Shown here piece after piece: positions 27,559 to 37,563 of a stretch of 64,000 nucleotides of DNA. This DNA is from an uncultured Actinomycetota bacterium (GTDB lineage: Bacteria; Actinomycetota; Actinomycetes; Mycobacteriales; Mycobacteriaceae). Position 1 is the first letter of the stretch; the number at the start of each line of letters is the position of its first letter. Where the stretch lies: NCBI GenBank assembly GCA_963824505.1, contig CAWGPS010000030.1:4658-68657 (forward strand), read 5' to 3'. A program made the position numbers and the translations under genes. The notes under the pieces are model-generated. The model was not told the DNA's origin and made no database searches. It saw nothing but the letters and a program-made list of their open reading frames with translations.

Positions 27559-29541
27559 CTACCGACGGCGCCGCGACCTCAGGTAGTCACCCACCACGGC
27601 CGCTCCCAACCCGTCTTCGTCGGGCACCACGACTCGCCCCTCGACGCGGCGGGCGACCTGGTCGATGAAGCGCGCCAGGCCCGGATCGCTGCCCAGCCGG
27701 AAGATGGTGATCTGCGCACCGAGGCGGGCCATATCGTCGAATCCGCGCACGGTGTGCGCGATCGTCCGCGGGTGCGGCGGGTAGTCGAAAAACACGGTGC
27801 TGCCGTCGCCGTCGAAGTCCTCCAGGTGGGCGGTCGGCTCGCCGTCGGTCACCACCAGCACGACGGGCTGCGCGTTGGGGTGCCGTCGCAGGTGGCGACC
27901 CGCCAGCGCGAGCGCGTGGTGCAGGTTGGTGCCCTGCTCGTAGACGCCCTCCAGACCGGTGAGTTCGGCGGCGGTCACCGTCCGCGCGTAGCGGCCGAAC
28001 GCGATGATTTGCAAGGCATCCGAACGGAACCGCGTGCATACCAGGTGGTTGAGCGCCAGCGCCGTCTGCTTCATGGGCAGCCAGCGATTCTCCATCACCA
28101 TCGAGAACGACGTGTCGACGAGCAGTGCCACCGCCGCCTGGGTGCGGGTTTCGGTCTCGGACACCTCGACGTCGTCGACGGTGATCCGCAGCGGGGTGAC
28201 CCGGCCGTCCAGCGTCGCGGTCCCGGACTGCCGCAGCACCGCGTTGGTCAGGGTGCGCGGGATGTTCCACGGCTCGGTGTCGCCGAACTGCCAGGGCCGC
28301 GTCGCGCCGGTGAGTTCGCCGGCCGCTCCGGCGCGCCGGTGATCGCGCTCGCCGCGTCTTCCGGAAAGTTGTTGCGCCACATCGCGTAACGCGGTCTCGC
28401 CGAGCCTGCGCATGGCCTTCGGGGACAGGCGCCACTGTCCGTCCGAACCGCGGTCCAGGAAGCCCTGATTGACCAGCGCGCGCTCCAGTTCGGCCAGCGT
28501 GCGCGCGTCGATCGCGGCCTGGTCACCCAGCTGGCGGGCCAGCGCGTCGAGATCGACGTCGTCCATGGTGGCGCCCGGATAGCTCTGGGAGAGCTGCTCG
28601 GCCAGCTGCTCCAGCTCGGCGATGTCCGAGAGCGCCTGGGTGCCCTCCCCCATGCCGAACGGGTTGTCACCGGAGAACTCTTCCGACCCCGTCCAGTCTT
28701 CGCCGGGCCGGGCCGCCTGCAGGTGCGCGTCGAGCCGGTCCAGCGCCTGCATCAGCGATGGTGAGCCGAATGCCTGCTGCGCCAACGCGTCCAGCTCGGC
28801 TCGCTGCTCGGGGCTCAGGCTGTTGCGGAAGCGTTGCGCGGCGGCGGCGCGCTTCGCCAGCGAGTCCAGCAGCTCGTCGACGTTGCGCGGGTTCTCCGGG
28901 AAGAACTCGCCGTGCTTATCCATGAAGTCTTCGAAATCCTGTTGGCTGTCCTCACCGCGGGCGTGCTTGTCCAGCAGGCCGTTGAGGTCGTCCAGCATGT
29001 CCTTGACGCGCTGGCGGTCCTCGTCGGTGGCACCCTCCAGCGCCTGCTTCATGCCCGCGAAGCGCTGGTCGAGCATCTCGCGACCGAGCAAATCCTTGAT
29101 CTGCTCGTACTTTTCGCGCGCCTCCGCGCTGCGCCAGTTGTAGTCGGACAGCTCCTGGACGGCCTTCGCCGGCGACGAGGGCAGCGCGTCCAGCTGCAGT
29201 TCGCCGAAGCGCGCGTCGTCGTCGAGCGCGCGGGCCAGCTCCTTGCGTTCGGCCAGCACGGCCTCGTCCAGCAGCTTCTTGATGTCCTGCAGGGTGCCGT
29301 CCAAGTTGTTGCGGCGCAACAACTCCCGGCGGCGCTTGTTGGCCTCGGCCGCCAGCCGGTCGGCGCCGCGCATGTTCTCGGTGCCGCGGCGCAGCAGCTC
29401 GGACAGCGCGCGGCGGGGCGAGGCGCCGGTCATGACGTCCTGGCCGATCTGTTCGAGGGCCTCGCGCAGATCCACCGGCGGGGCCAGCGGGTCGGGCCCG
29501 CCCGAATACGCCGAGTACCGCGTCGAGTGGCCTTTACCCAT
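27559..29541 (-). CDS. von Willebrand factor A domain protein (Rv0959-like by position)
   Basis: 660 aa with a long helical N-terminal region. The C-terminal vWA region (LLVDTSFSMV...VVLVVTDGEPT) has a MIDAS-like DxSxS. Confidence 0.8.
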   Translation of the reverse strand: MGKGHSTRYSAYSGGPDPLAPPVDLREALEQIGQDVMTGASPRRALSELLRRGTENMRGADRLAAEANKRRRELLRRNNLDGTLQDIKKLLDEAVLAERKELARALDDDARFGELQLDALPSSPAKAVQELSDYNWRSAEAREKYEQIKDLLGREMLDQRFAGMKQALEGATDEDRQRVKDMLDDLNGLLDKHARGEDSQQDFEDFMDKHGEFFPENPRNVDELLDSLAKRAAAAQRFRNSLSPEQRAELDALAQQAFGSPSLMQALDRLDAHLQAARPGEDWTGSEEFSGDNPFGMGEGTQALSDIAELEQLAEQLSQSYPGATMDDVDLDALARQLGDQAAIDARTLAELERALVNQGFLDRGSDGQWRLSPKAMRRLGETALRDVAQQLSGRRGERDHRRAGAAGELTGATRPWQFGDTEPWNIPRTLTNAVLRQSGTATLDGRVTPLRITVDDVEVSETETRTQAAVALLVDTSFSMVMENRWLPMKQTALALNHLVCTRFRSDALQIIAFGRYARTVTAAELTGLEGVYEQGTNLHHALALAGRHLRRHPNAQPVVLVVTDGEPTAHLEDFDGDGSTVFFDYPPHPRTIAHTVRGFDDMARLGAQITIFRLGSDPGLARFIDQVARRVEGRVVVPDEDGLGAAVVGDYLRSRRRR

Positions 29542-30919
29542 AGACGGTTTGACCTTCCCCGGACACCTTGTCGATCCGCTTGGCCAGATACAACGCCTCC
29601 AGCGCCAGTTCCAGCGCGGCGGCGCGCTCTCCCTCCGACTGGGCGTTCAGCTTCTCCGCGATCCGGTCGACCACCGGCAGGTGCGGCACCGCGGCCAGCA
29701 CGTCCTTGGCCGACACCCGCTCGCCGGTGGTGACCGCCGAGCCGCCCTCGACCGCCGAAACCAGGGTGCCGACGTCGATTCCGCCCAGGACTCGCGAGGC
29801 GGTGTCGGCGGTCGAGCGGCGCAACAGGTGTTCGAGCACGGCCTGCTCGCGGCCCTCCTCACCGGACTCGAATTCCAGCTTGCCGCGCAGGACGTCGATG
29901 ACCGTGCCGAGGTCGACGACGCGGGCCACCGGGTCGGTCTCCCCCAGCACCGCGCCCCGGTGCCGGGCGGCGGCGGCCACCGTCTCGGCCGCCGCGATCG
30001 CGAACCTCGCCGACACCCCGGACCGCTGGTCCACGGAATTGGACTCGCGCAGATAGCGGGCGAACCGCGCGATCACCTGCAGGAGGTAATCCGGCACCTG
30101 CGCACTCAGGTGTGCCTCCTGCACGATCACGCCCACTTCGGCGTCCAGCTCCAACGGGTAGTGCGTCCGGATCTCTGCGCCGAACCGGTCCTTGAGCGGC
30201 GTGATGATGCGGCCGCGGTTGGTGTAATCCTCCGGGTTCGCGCTCGCGACCACCAGCACGTCGAGCGGCAGGCGCAGCGTGTAGCCGCGGACCTGGATGT
30301 CGCGCTCCTCCATCACGTTGAGCATCGACACCTGGATGCGCTCGGCCAGGTCGGGCAGTTCGTTCACGGCGACGATGCCGCGGTGGGCGCGGGGGATCAG
30401 CCCGTAGGCGATGGTCTCCGGGTCACCGAGGCTGCGGCCCTCGGCCACCTTGATGGGGTCGATGTCACCGACCAGGTCGGCCACGCTGGTGTCCGGGGTG
30501 GCCAGCTTCTCGGTGTACCGCTCGCTGCGGTGCCTCCACTCGATGGGCAGGTCGTCGCCGTGGGTCGCGGCGCGGCGGATCGACTCCGGCGTGATCGGCG
30601 AGTAGGGGTGCTCGCCGAGTTCGGCGCCCGCGATGACCGGGGTCCACTCGTCGAGCAGCCCGACGAGCGCGCGCAGCAGCCGGGTCTTGCCCTGCCCGCG
30701 CTCGCCGAGCAGGACGAAGTCATGACCGGCGATGAGCGCCCGTTCCACCTGCGGCAAGACGGTGTCTTCGAAACCCAGGATGCCCGGCCAAACCTCGTCC
30801 CCCGCGGCGAGCGCGGTCAGGAGGTTCTCGCGGATTTCCTGCTTGACTCCCCGTTCACGGTGACCGGCGGCGCGCAGTTCGCCGACGGTTCGGGGCAGGT
30901 TGCTCGGTGACGTCACCAC
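29534..30919 (-). CDS. AAA+ ATPase, Mg-chelatase/sigma-54-interaction-like (Rv0958-like by position)
   Basis: Walker A GERGQGKT and Walker B/sensor context (GIVAVNELPDL...VLVVASANPED). Its stop overlaps the vWA start by 8 nt. Confidence 0.8.
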   Translation of the reverse strand: MVTSPSNLPRTVGELRAAGHRERGVKQEIRENLLTALAAGDEVWPGILGFEDTVLPQVERALIAGHDFVLLGERGQGKTRLLRALVGLLDEWTPVIAGAELGEHPYSPITPESIRRAATHGDDLPIEWRHRSERYTEKLATPDTSVADLVGDIDPIKVAEGRSLGDPETIAYGLIPRAHRGIVAVNELPDLAERIQVSMLNVMEERDIQVRGYTLRLPLDVLVVASANPEDYTNRGRIITPLKDRFGAEIRTHYPLELDAEVGVIVQEAHLSAQVPDYLLQVIARFARYLRESNSVDQRSGVSARFAIAAAETVAAAARHRGAVLGETDPVARVVDLGTVIDVLRGKLEFESGEEGREQAVLEHLLRRSTADTASRVLGGIDVGTLVSAVEGGSAVTTGERVSAKDVLAAVPHLPVVDRIAEKLNAQSEGERAAALELALEALYLAKRIDKVSGEGQTVYG

Positions 30920-30992
30920 TCCACGCTACGACGCGGCCGCCGATACGGCACGCGGCCGCCCTGTGAGGTGCTGCGCGGCGGCGCCGGTACGG

Positions 30993-31565
30993 TCAGCAGT
31001 CGAGCCCGGCGATGCACGACACCAGGGTGGCCTCCGCATCACCGGGTTTCCACGTGACAGCACCGTGTTCGAAGGTCGACTTCTTCGTGCCGTCGGGGGC
31101 GGTGGTCTCGTCGCTGGTCGGGTAGCCCAGCTGGCCCTGCGATCCGCCGACCTGGTTCCACTTGTCGCGGATCTTGCCCCATACGACGTAGGCCTGGGTC
31201 TTGTAGACGATCACGCCGCCGGCGAACTGCTGGTAGACGCCGCCGTCGGGGTTCTTTTGCTGGTCGCCGGTCGGCGCGCCCAAGTCGTTCTTCGCCGACG
31301 CGGGCAGGGCCTCGTATTTGGCAAGAATGGGCCCCTCGATCCTGTACACGGCCCCGTTGGCACCGGTCATCGTGGTCGTGCTCGGCGCCGCGCTGCTGGC
31401 GGTCGCCGACGTCCCGGCCGACGTCCCAGCCGATGACGTCGCAGACGTGGTGGTCGATGTTGTCGATTCGCTGGATTTGGTGGCGTGGCCACAGCCGACC
31501 CCGATCAGCGCGAACCCCGCGACCGCCGCCGAGAACGCCGCCGTCCGCCGTACTAACGTGCGCAT
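30993..31565 (-). CDS. Secreted lipoprotein with LGFP-like repeats and a Ser/Thr-rich linker
   Basis: Signal peptide plus lipobox (AGFALIGVGC). S/T/A-rich linker. Repeats of the type I..KY..LG...G.P (GPILAKYEALPASAKNDLGAPTG; GKIRDKWNQVGGSQGQLGYPTS). Confidence 0.7.
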   Translation of the reverse strand: MRTLVRRTAAFSAAVAGFALIGVGCGHATKSSESTTSTTTSATSSAGTSAGTSATASSAAPSTTTMTGANGAVYRIEGPILAKYEALPASAKNDLGAPTGDQQKNPDGGVYQQFAGGVIVYKTQAYVVWGKIRDKWNQVGGSQGQLGYPTSDETTAPDGTKKSTFEHGAVTWKPGDAEATLVSCIAGLDC

Positions 31566-31618
31566 GTCGCCCCTTCGACTTAATTAGACACATGGACAAT
31601 TAGCCATGCTAGGGCGCG

Positions 31619-31646
31619 TCGCCGCTTCGGACCACTCGAAGGGCGA
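31619..31646 (-). terminator. Stem-loop (10 bp with one bulge, 7-nt loop) 11 nt downstream of the purH stop; candidate intrinsic terminator without a U-tract
   Basis: TCGCCGCTTCG-gaccact-CGAAGGGCGA paired by hand. Confidence 0.3.
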
Positions 31647-31656
31647 GCGCGAGCGT

Positions 31657-33240
31657 TCAGTGCGCGAAGTGCCGTGCCCCGGTCAGATACAGGGTGACGC
31701 CGGCGGCCGCCGCCGCGGCGGAAACCTCCTCGTCGCGCACCGAGCCGCCCGGGTGCACCACGGCTTTCACGCCGGCGGCAGTCAGGGTCTCCAGCCCGTC
31801 GGGGAACGGGAAGAACGCGTCGGAGGCCGCGACCGCGCCCCGGACCCGGTCGCCCCCTCGTTCAACGGCCAGCCGGGCCGCGTCGACGCGATTGACCTGA
31901 CCCATTCCGACGCCGATCGTGGCGCCGCCCGAGGCGATCACGATCGCGTTCGACTTGACCGCGCGGCAGGCCCGCCAGGCGAACACCAGGTCGGTCATGA
32001 TCGCCGGATCGGCCGGGGAGCCGGTCGCCAGCGTCCAGTTGGCCGGGTTGTCCCCGTGCGCGTCCAGTTCGTCGCGCTGCTGGACCAGCAGTCCACCGCT
32101 CACCGGGCGCAGCTCGGTGCCGCCGCTCATCGGCTCGGAGGCCAGCAGCACCCGGATGTTCTTCTTGCGCATGAGGACATCGAGGGCATCCGGCGCGTAG
32201 GCGGGCGCGACGATCACCTCGGTGAAGATCGTGCTCACATACTCCGCCATCTCGACGCTGACTTCGGTGTTGGCCGCGATGACTCCGCCGAAGGCGCTCA
32301 GCGGGTCGCACTCGTGGGCCTTGCGGTGGGCGTCGGCCACCGACACCGACGAGATCGCGATCCCGCAGGGGTTGGCGTGCTTGATGATCGCCACGCAAGT
32401 CTGCTCGTGGTCGAATGCGGCCCGCCAGGCCGCGTCCGCGTCGGTGAAGTTGTTGTACGACATCTCTTTTCCGTGTAGCTGTTCGGCCTGCGCCAGGCCG
32501 GGCCACGCGGCGGGGTCGTTGTACAGCGCCGCCTGCTGGTGCGGGTTTTCGCCGTAGCGCAGCATCGCCGAGCGTCGCCAACTGCGGCCCAACCAGCGAG
32601 GGAAGGCCGTCGGCGGATGCTCGGGCGCCAGCGTCGACTCCATCCAGCTCGCCACGGCGATGTCGTACTCGGCGGTGTGCTGGAAGGCCAGCGACGCCAA
32701 CCTGCGGCGCTCAGCCAGCGTGAATCCCCCGTGGCGCACCGCGGCGAGCACCCCGTCGTACCCGCGCGGGTCGGTGATGACCGCCACGCTGGGGTGGTTT
32801 TTCGCGGCCGCGCGGACCATCGACGGTCCGCCGATGTCGATCTGCTCGACGCATTCGTCGATGTCCGCCCCGGAGTCGACGGTCTCGCTGAACGGATACA
32901 GGTTGACCACGACCAGCTCGAACGCCGCGACCCCGAGGCGCTCGAGGGCCGCGGCGTGCTCGGGTTTGCGGAGGTCGGCCAGCAGGCCGGCATGCACCCG
33001 CGGATGCAGCGTCTTGACCCGGCCGTCGAGGACCTCCGGGAAACCGGTCAGTTCCTCCACCCGCGTCACCGAGATCCCCTTCTCGGCAATGGTCTTCGCC
33101 GTGGAGCCGGTCGAGACGATCTCGACGCCCGCAGCGGTCAGCCCGCGGGCGAGCTCGACCAGGCCCGTCTTGTCGTACACGCTGATCAGCGCGCGGTGGA
33201 TCGGCCGCCTTGCCGTCTCGGACCAGTCGTCGGTGCTCAT
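31657..33240 (-). CDS. purH: Bifunctional AICAR transformylase / IMP cyclohydrolase
   Basis: 527 aa full-length PurH-like translation ([10 protein letters not shown]..., ...GGSVRDEEV...). Confidence 0.95.
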   Translation of the reverse strand: MSTDDWSETARRPIHRALISVYDKTGLVELARGLTAAGVEIVSTGSTAKTIAEKGISVTRVEELTGFPEVLDGRVKTLHPRVHAGLLADLRKPEHAAALERLGVAAFELVVVNLYPFSETVDSGADIDECVEQIDIGGPSMVRAAAKNHPSVAVITDPRGYDGVLAAVRHGGFTLAERRRLASLAFQHTAEYDIAVASWMESTLAPEHPPTAFPRWLGRSWRRSAMLRYGENPHQQAALYNDPAAWPGLAQAEQLHGKEMSYNNFTDADAAWRAAFDHEQTCVAIIKHANPCGIAISSVSVADAHRKAHECDPLSAFGGVIAANTEVSVEMAEYVSTIFTEVIVAPAYAPDALDVLMRKKNIRVLLASEPMSGGTELRPVSGGLLVQQRDELDAHGDNPANWTLATGSPADPAIMTDLVFAWRACRAVKSNAIVIASGGATIGVGMGQVNRVDAARLAVERGGDRVRGAVAASDAFFPFPDGLETLTAAGVKAVVHPGGSVRDEEVSAAAAAAGVTLYLTGARHFAH

Positions 33241-33902
33241 CGGTTGATCGCCCTTCCTCCGATCGTCGCTTGTCGTCCGATCGTCGCTTTTCGTCCGAGC
33301 AGGGTCATGCCGCCGGTCGCGATCGCGGCCACCACGTCCACCAACAGCTTCCGTTCGGTGACCTTGATGCGCTCGTGCAGTGTTTCTTCGGTGTCGCCGT
33401 CGAGCACCGGAACGGATTGCTGCGCCAAGATCGGGCCGGTGTCCGTCCCGGCATCTACCAGGTGCACCGTACAGCCTGTGACCTTCACGCCGTACGCCAA
33501 CGCGTCGGACACTCCGTGCGCGCCCGGGAAGGCGGGCAGCAGCGCGGGATGGGTATTGACGACGCGGCCGTAGAACCGCGAAAGAAATTGCGGTCCAAGG
33601 ATTTTCATAAACCCGGCGGATACCACCAGATCGGGCGAGTGCGCGGCCGTCGCGGCGGTGACGGCCGCGTCCCAGGCGTCGCGGTCCGGGTGATCGCCGA
33701 GCCGAACGGTGAACGTGGGCAGCGACGCCGCCGCGGCTATCTCGGTGGCCCGGCAGTCGCGGTCGGCGCCGACGGCGGCGACCCGTGCCGGATAGTCCCC
33801 GACGGCGGCGTCCAGCAGCGCGCTGAGCAGCGAGCCGGTGCCCGATGCCAAGACCACGACCCGCGCCGGTGCGCTGGGGGGCACGCGGAGCGGTTCAGCC
33901 AC
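33237..33902 (-). CDS. purN: Phosphoribosylglycinamide formyltransferase
   Basis: [10 protein letters not shown]...[10 protein letters not shown]...D.G.DTGPI. ATGA overlap with purH. Confidence 0.92.
   Translation of the reverse strand: MAEPLRVPPSAPARVVVLASGTGSLLSALLDAAVGDYPARVAAVGADRDCRATEIAAAASLPTFTVRLGDHPDRDAWDAAVTAATAAHSPDLVVSAGFMKILGPQFLSRFYGRVVNTHPALLPAFPGAHGVSDALAYGVKVTGCTVHLVDAGTDTGPILAQQSVPVLDGDTEETLHERIKVTERKLLVDVVAAIATGGMTLLGRKATIGRQATIGGRAINR
33261..33296. repeat. Tandem 18-bp duplication (17/18 identical) inside the purN 3' end, 21 nt upstream of the purH start
   Basis: gatcgtcgcttgtcgtcc / gatcgtcgcttttcgtcc. It encodes [12 protein letters not shown] in the PurN tail. Confidence 0.85.
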
Positions 33903-33911
33903 ATCGAGAGC

Positions 33912-35360
33912 CTAATGCTGGAACCCATCGTCGACCGGGCGACCGTCCTCCACGGGTTCGCCGGGCGGCTCGTCGCCCCCGCTGACGGGTGGCCTGTCCG
34001 CGGCGGGTTCGCCACCCGGCCCTTCGCCCGGCCCGTCGCCGCCGAGGCGTGGCTCATCGTCGCGGCCGACGGCCGCCTCGCGGTCCCCGGAGTCGGCGGC
34101 GGCTTCCCCACCGTCTGCGTCGTCCTCGAAAAGGCCCGCGAAGTCCGTGGGTTCTCCCTCGCGAGCGGGTGGAATCCCCCCGACGCCCGGCGGTTCGGGC
34201 GTCGGCTTGGGTCGCCTGGGGCGGCGCTGGATCCCGCCCGTCATCAGCACAGTCACCCAACCGACGACGGCGAACCAGAAAAACACACCGATAGCCAATG
34301 CGGCCTGGTCGACGCCGACATTCCCGAAGTTGCCCAGGCGGCCGCTGCCGGCGTACGCGAGCAAGGACATCGCGGCGGCCCCCGTCACCGCGGCGACCAG
34401 GAGCTTGGCGAGTGCCTGGACGAGCGGGAGGGCGTGCCGCGCGCATTGCTGTCCGACCGCCACACCAGCCGACGCGCCGATGATGAGCAGCGCAACCCAC
34501 ACCGGCCCCAGCGGCGGCCGGGGGACCGCGGCGAGGATCGGCAGCGCCGGGATGTCGCCGCCGAAAACGGTGAACGAACTGAACGTCGCGTAGCCGAGGT
34601 GCGCACTGGAACCCACGGCGATCGCCGAGGTTCCGACGATGACGTTGGGCGCGTACAGCACCGACAGCACCGTCAGGCTCAGCTGCCCGAATATCGAATC
34701 GGTGATGCCGTACAGGTCCTGCATGGTCGCCCAGTGCACCATCAGCGACCCCGCCGTCACCATCCCGGACAGCCCCACCAACGCCAACACACCTGCCGTC
34801 GCCGCGCGCAGGGATTCGGCCAGCCAGTTGGGCAGCGGCGATGCGGCCAGGGCCCGGCGTCCGACCCGGGACCACACGCCGATGGCGGCTCCGGTCGCGT
34901 GCACCACCAGCACGCTGACGAACGCGCGCAGCGCGCTGGGGGTTTGGAGTTCCGTGATCACCGATGACGCGTCATGGATCACCGCGAGGGCGATCGCCGC
35001 CATCAGCAGGGGGCCGCCCAGCGCCGAAGCGACGACCCACCGCACCACCAGCCACGACGAGTGGGCGGCGACGGCGCGCGCGGTGGCGCGCGCGGTGGCC
35101 CAGACCATCAGCAGCGGGGGCAGCAGCGGCAGCGCGCCCAATTCGTGGCCGCCGATCGAGATCGGCACCTGGTGGACGCCGAGCCACATACTGGCGATCG
35201 CACCCAGCGCGCCGGTCATGTCGCTGTTGGCGATCAGCAACTGGAGGAGCGTGACGGCGGCGATGATGACCAGGGCCAGCACCGCCGGCCCGAACGCGAC
35301 CCTGACAAGGTCGCGCGCCTGCCGAGCACCCGCAGCTCGGTTGTCCTCCACCCGCGTCAC
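33912..35360 (-). CDS. perM: Polytopic integral membrane protein PerM-like (Rv0955-like)
   Basis: [50 protein letters not shown]..., about 10 TM segments and an acidic Pro/Gly-rich tail. The track ORF is over-extended to 35840 across the neighbouring gene. Confidence 0.8.
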   Translation of the reverse strand: MTRVEDNRAAGARQARDLVRVAFGPAVLALVIIAAVTLLQLLIANSDMTGALGAIASMWLGVHQVPISIGGHELGALPLLPPLLMVWATARATARAVAAHSSWLVVRWVVASALGGPLLMAAIALAVIHDASSVITELQTPSALRAFVSVLVVHATGAAIGVWSRVGRRALAASPLPNWLAESLRAATAGVLALVGLSGMVTAGSLMVHWATMQDLYGITDSIFGQLSLTVLSVLYAPNVIVGTSAIAVGSSAHLGYATFSSFTVFGGDIPALPILAAVPRPPLGPVWVALLIIGASAGVAVGQQCARHALPLVQALAKLLVAAVTGAAAMSLLAYAGSGRLGNFGNVGVDQAALAIGVFFWFAVVGWVTVLMTGGIQRRPRRPKPTPEPPGVGGIPPAREGEPTDFAGLFEDDADGGEAAADSGDREAAVGRDDEPRLGGDGPGEGPGGEPAADRPPVSGGDEPPGEPVEDGRPVDDGFQH

Positions 35361-35400
35361 TGTTGGCCCACATCCTGAGACTAGGCGCGGAAACGCATGA

Positions 35401-36351
35401 TTAGACCGGCGCGGGACCAGCGGGGCCGGAAGAAGACGACGGCGACGACTGCTGGCCCTGTCCATAGGACTGCTGGGCTTCGGCCGGGTTCGCGTAATCG
35501 GCGGGAGCCGGACCCGCCTCGGACCCCGCGCCGCCGGCGCCCGCTGACGGTGGCGGGCTGAAGCTCGGGAAACCGGTCGGCGGCGTGGACGTCCCCTGCT
35601 GCTGGACGGCCGGTTGCGGTCCCGACTGCGGCTGGGCGCTGAAACCGCCGGTCGGCACGGCGCTTTGGGTGGGGGCTTGGCTCGTCGGGTAGCCGCCGTA
35701 CTGCGAACCGTAGCCGGAGGGTTGCTGCGGGTGGTGCGCCTGCTGTCCCGGGTGGTGCTGCTGGCCCTGCTGGCCCTGCTGGCCGTAGTAAGGCTGCTGT
35801 CCGTACTGCCCGAATTGCCCGTACTGGCCGTAATGGGCATACGGGTCGTACTTGGGCCGCGGCGCCGGCGCGGTGATCACGCCGGACTCCAGCAGTATTG
35901 CCGCAACGGCGGCGATCGCCTGCAGCACGCTGCAGGCCACCAGGGGCCACATCGCCCAGCCCAGCGCGAAACCGGCCGGCATGTTGATCGTTTCGGTAAT
36001 GGCGAGCAACGCGCCCAGCACGGCGATCACCGCGACGATCCCCGCGTAGTTCTTGGCCTTGGGCAGCAGGCTCAGTCCGGCGAGCAGCGCGGCGAGCACC
36101 GCGACGACGACCGCGGTGCCGGCGTCACCGGCGCGTCCGCCGACGCCGGGGCCGAGGTCGGCACTGATGGTGAAGGTCGGCCCGAAGTTCAGCAGATAAA
36201 CTGCCAGGCCGAGCGCCACAACCGCGACGTTGAGGTACAGCGGAAGATTGCTCTTGCCGTCGTCGTCCTTGGCGAACGACGGTGTGCCGCCTGCGTAGGA
36301 GCCGCCTGGTTGTGTCGGTGGATATCCGGGACTACCGGGCGAGTACGTCAT
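35401..36351 (-). CDS. Membrane protein with 4 TM segments and a Gln/Gly/Tyr/Pro-rich low-complexity tail (Rv0954-like by position)
   Basis: ATG 36351 preceded by GGAGGAG. TM core spans residues about 35-160. The tail includes [27 protein letters not shown]. Confidence 0.8.
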   Translation of the reverse strand: MTYSPGSPGYPPTQPGGSYAGGTPSFAKDDDGKSNLPLYLNVAVVALGLAVYLLNFGPTFTISADLGPGVGGRAGDAGTAVVVAVLAALLAGLSLLPKAKNYAGIVAVIAVLGALLAITETINMPAGFALGWAMWPLVACSVLQAIAAVAAILLESGVITAPAPRPKYDPYAHYGQYGQFGQYGQQPYYGQQGQQGQQHHPGQQAHHPQQPSGYGSQYGGYPTSQAPTQSAVPTGGFSAQPQSGPQPAVQQQGTSTPPTGFPSFSPPPSAGAGGAGSEAGPAPADYANPAEAQQSYGQGQQSSPSSSSGPAGPAPV

Positions 36352-36571
36352 GACTCCTCCTGTTGCTTCCAGTGCTCTCAAGTCCATTGCGGGCGCCGCA
36401 TGTGGCGACGCTGTCCTCCCCCCGCGCGCCGCTCGGGAAACACCCGGCACCGTCAGGCGCTTGCCGTGCGACGCGGTCGAACAACCACGCTAGCGCACGG
36501 ACGGATGCCCGCGGCGGAGCGACCGGCCGCCCACCTGGGCGTCATGACGGGGGCCGCTTGCCCAGCACAGG

Positions 36572-36585
36572 TAGAACACGTTCTA
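36572..36585. promoter_or_regulatory. KstR-type operator TAGAACACGTTCTA (fits TnnAACnnGTTnnA), ending 9 nt upstream of the LLM oxidoreductase ATG
   Basis: Perfect palindromic half-sites TAGAAC/GTTCTA. An identical 16-mer recurs at 55871. TCTAAT followed by 7 nt and then the ATG suggests a leaderless transcript. Confidence 0.7.
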
Positions 36586-36594
36586 ATTCTGTGC

Positions 36595-37443
36595 ATGGAC
36601 TATGGCCTCGTGCTTTTCACCAGTGATCGGGGCATCGCCCCCGCGTCAGCCGCCAAGCTCGCCGACGATCACGGCTTCCGGACGTTCTACGTGCCGGAAC
36701 ACACCCACATCCCGGTCAAGCGGGAGGCGGCCCACCCCACCACCGGCGACGCGTCGCTGCCCGACGACCGCTACATGCGAACGCTGGACCCCTGGGTGAG
36801 CCTGGGCGCGGCCTGCGCGGTGACGTCTCGGGTGCGGCTGTCGACCGCGGTGGCGCTGCCCGTGGAGCACGACCCGATCACGCTGGCGAAAAGTATCGCG
36901 ACCCTCGACCACCTGTCCGGCGGGCGGGTCAGCCTCGGCGTGGGATTCGGGTGGAACACCGACGAGCTCGCCGATCACGGGGTGCCGCCCGGGCGGCGCC
37001 GCACGATGCTGCGCGAGTACATCGAAGCAATGCGCGCGCTGTGGACCCAGGAGGAAGCCGCCTACGACGGGGAGTTCGTCAAGTTCGGGCCCAGCTGGGC
37101 GTGGCCCAAGCCGGTGCAATCCCACATTCCCGTGCTGGTCGGTGCGGCCGGGAACGAGAAGAACTTCAAATGGATCGCCCGCAGCGCCGACGGCTGGATC
37201 ACCACTCCCCGCGACTTCGACATCGACGAGCCGGTGAAGCTGCTGCAGGACACGTGGGCCGCCGCCGGCCGGGAGGGTGCGCCGCAGATCGTGGCGCTGG
37301 ACTTCAAGCCCGTGCCCGAGAAGCTGGCGCGCTGGGCCGAACTCGGCGTGACCGAGGTGCTGTTCGGTCTGCCGGACCGGCCCGACGACGAGATCGCCGC
37401 GTACGTGGAGCGGCTGGCCGGCAAGCTGGCGGCTCTGGTCTGA
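36595..37443 (+). CDS. Luciferase-like monooxygenase (LLM) class, probably F420-dependent, oxidoreductase (Rv0953c-like)
   Basis: MDYGLVLFTSDRGI...YVPEHTHIP...LDHLSGGRVSLGVGFGWN...; 282 aa. Confidence 0.85.
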   Translation: MDYGLVLFTSDRGIAPASAAKLADDHGFRTFYVPEHTHIPVKREAAHPTTGDASLPDDRYMRTLDPWVSLGAACAVTSRVRLSTAVALPVEHDPITLAKSIATLDHLSGGRVSLGVGFGWNTDELADHGVPPGRRRTMLREYIEAMRALWTQEEAAYDGEFVKFGPSWAWPKPVQSHIPVLVGAAGNEKNFKWIARSADGWITTPRDFDIDEPVKLLQDTWAAAGREGAPQIVALDFKPVPEKLARWAELGVTEVLFGLPDRPDDEIAAYVERLAGKLAALV

Positions 37444-37458
37444 GCGCGACTTCGTCTC

Positions 37459-37494
37459 GTCGTAGCTGCGAGACATGTCGTAGCCGCGAGACAT
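37459..37494. repeat. Tandem 18-bp repeat (17/18 identical) in a convergent intergenic region, overlapping a GTCTCG/CGAGAC hairpin at 37454-37474
   Basis: gtcgtagctgcgagacat / gtcgtagccgcgagacat, read directly from the sequence. Confidence 0.8.
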
Positions 37495-37563
37495 AAAGCA
37501 CAGCGACCGTCCGCGGCGTGTCGTGTGCGTAGTTGATGTGTCGCGGAAGGACCGGCGGTCGGC

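Noticed and set aside
33912-35840. Full 642-aa extent of the PerM-like ORF
   Set aside because: The first 160 codons are Arg/Ser/Pro-rich and overlap the Rv0954-like gene in another frame. The family-typical N-terminus begins at GTG 35360.
36572-36585. Reading the GAAC...GTTC palindromes (here and at 55871) as LexA SOS boxes
   Set aside because: The mycobacterial LexA box has a 4-nt spacer (GAAC-N4-GTTC). These sites have a 2-nt spacer and the flanking TA/TA that fit the KstR motif instead.
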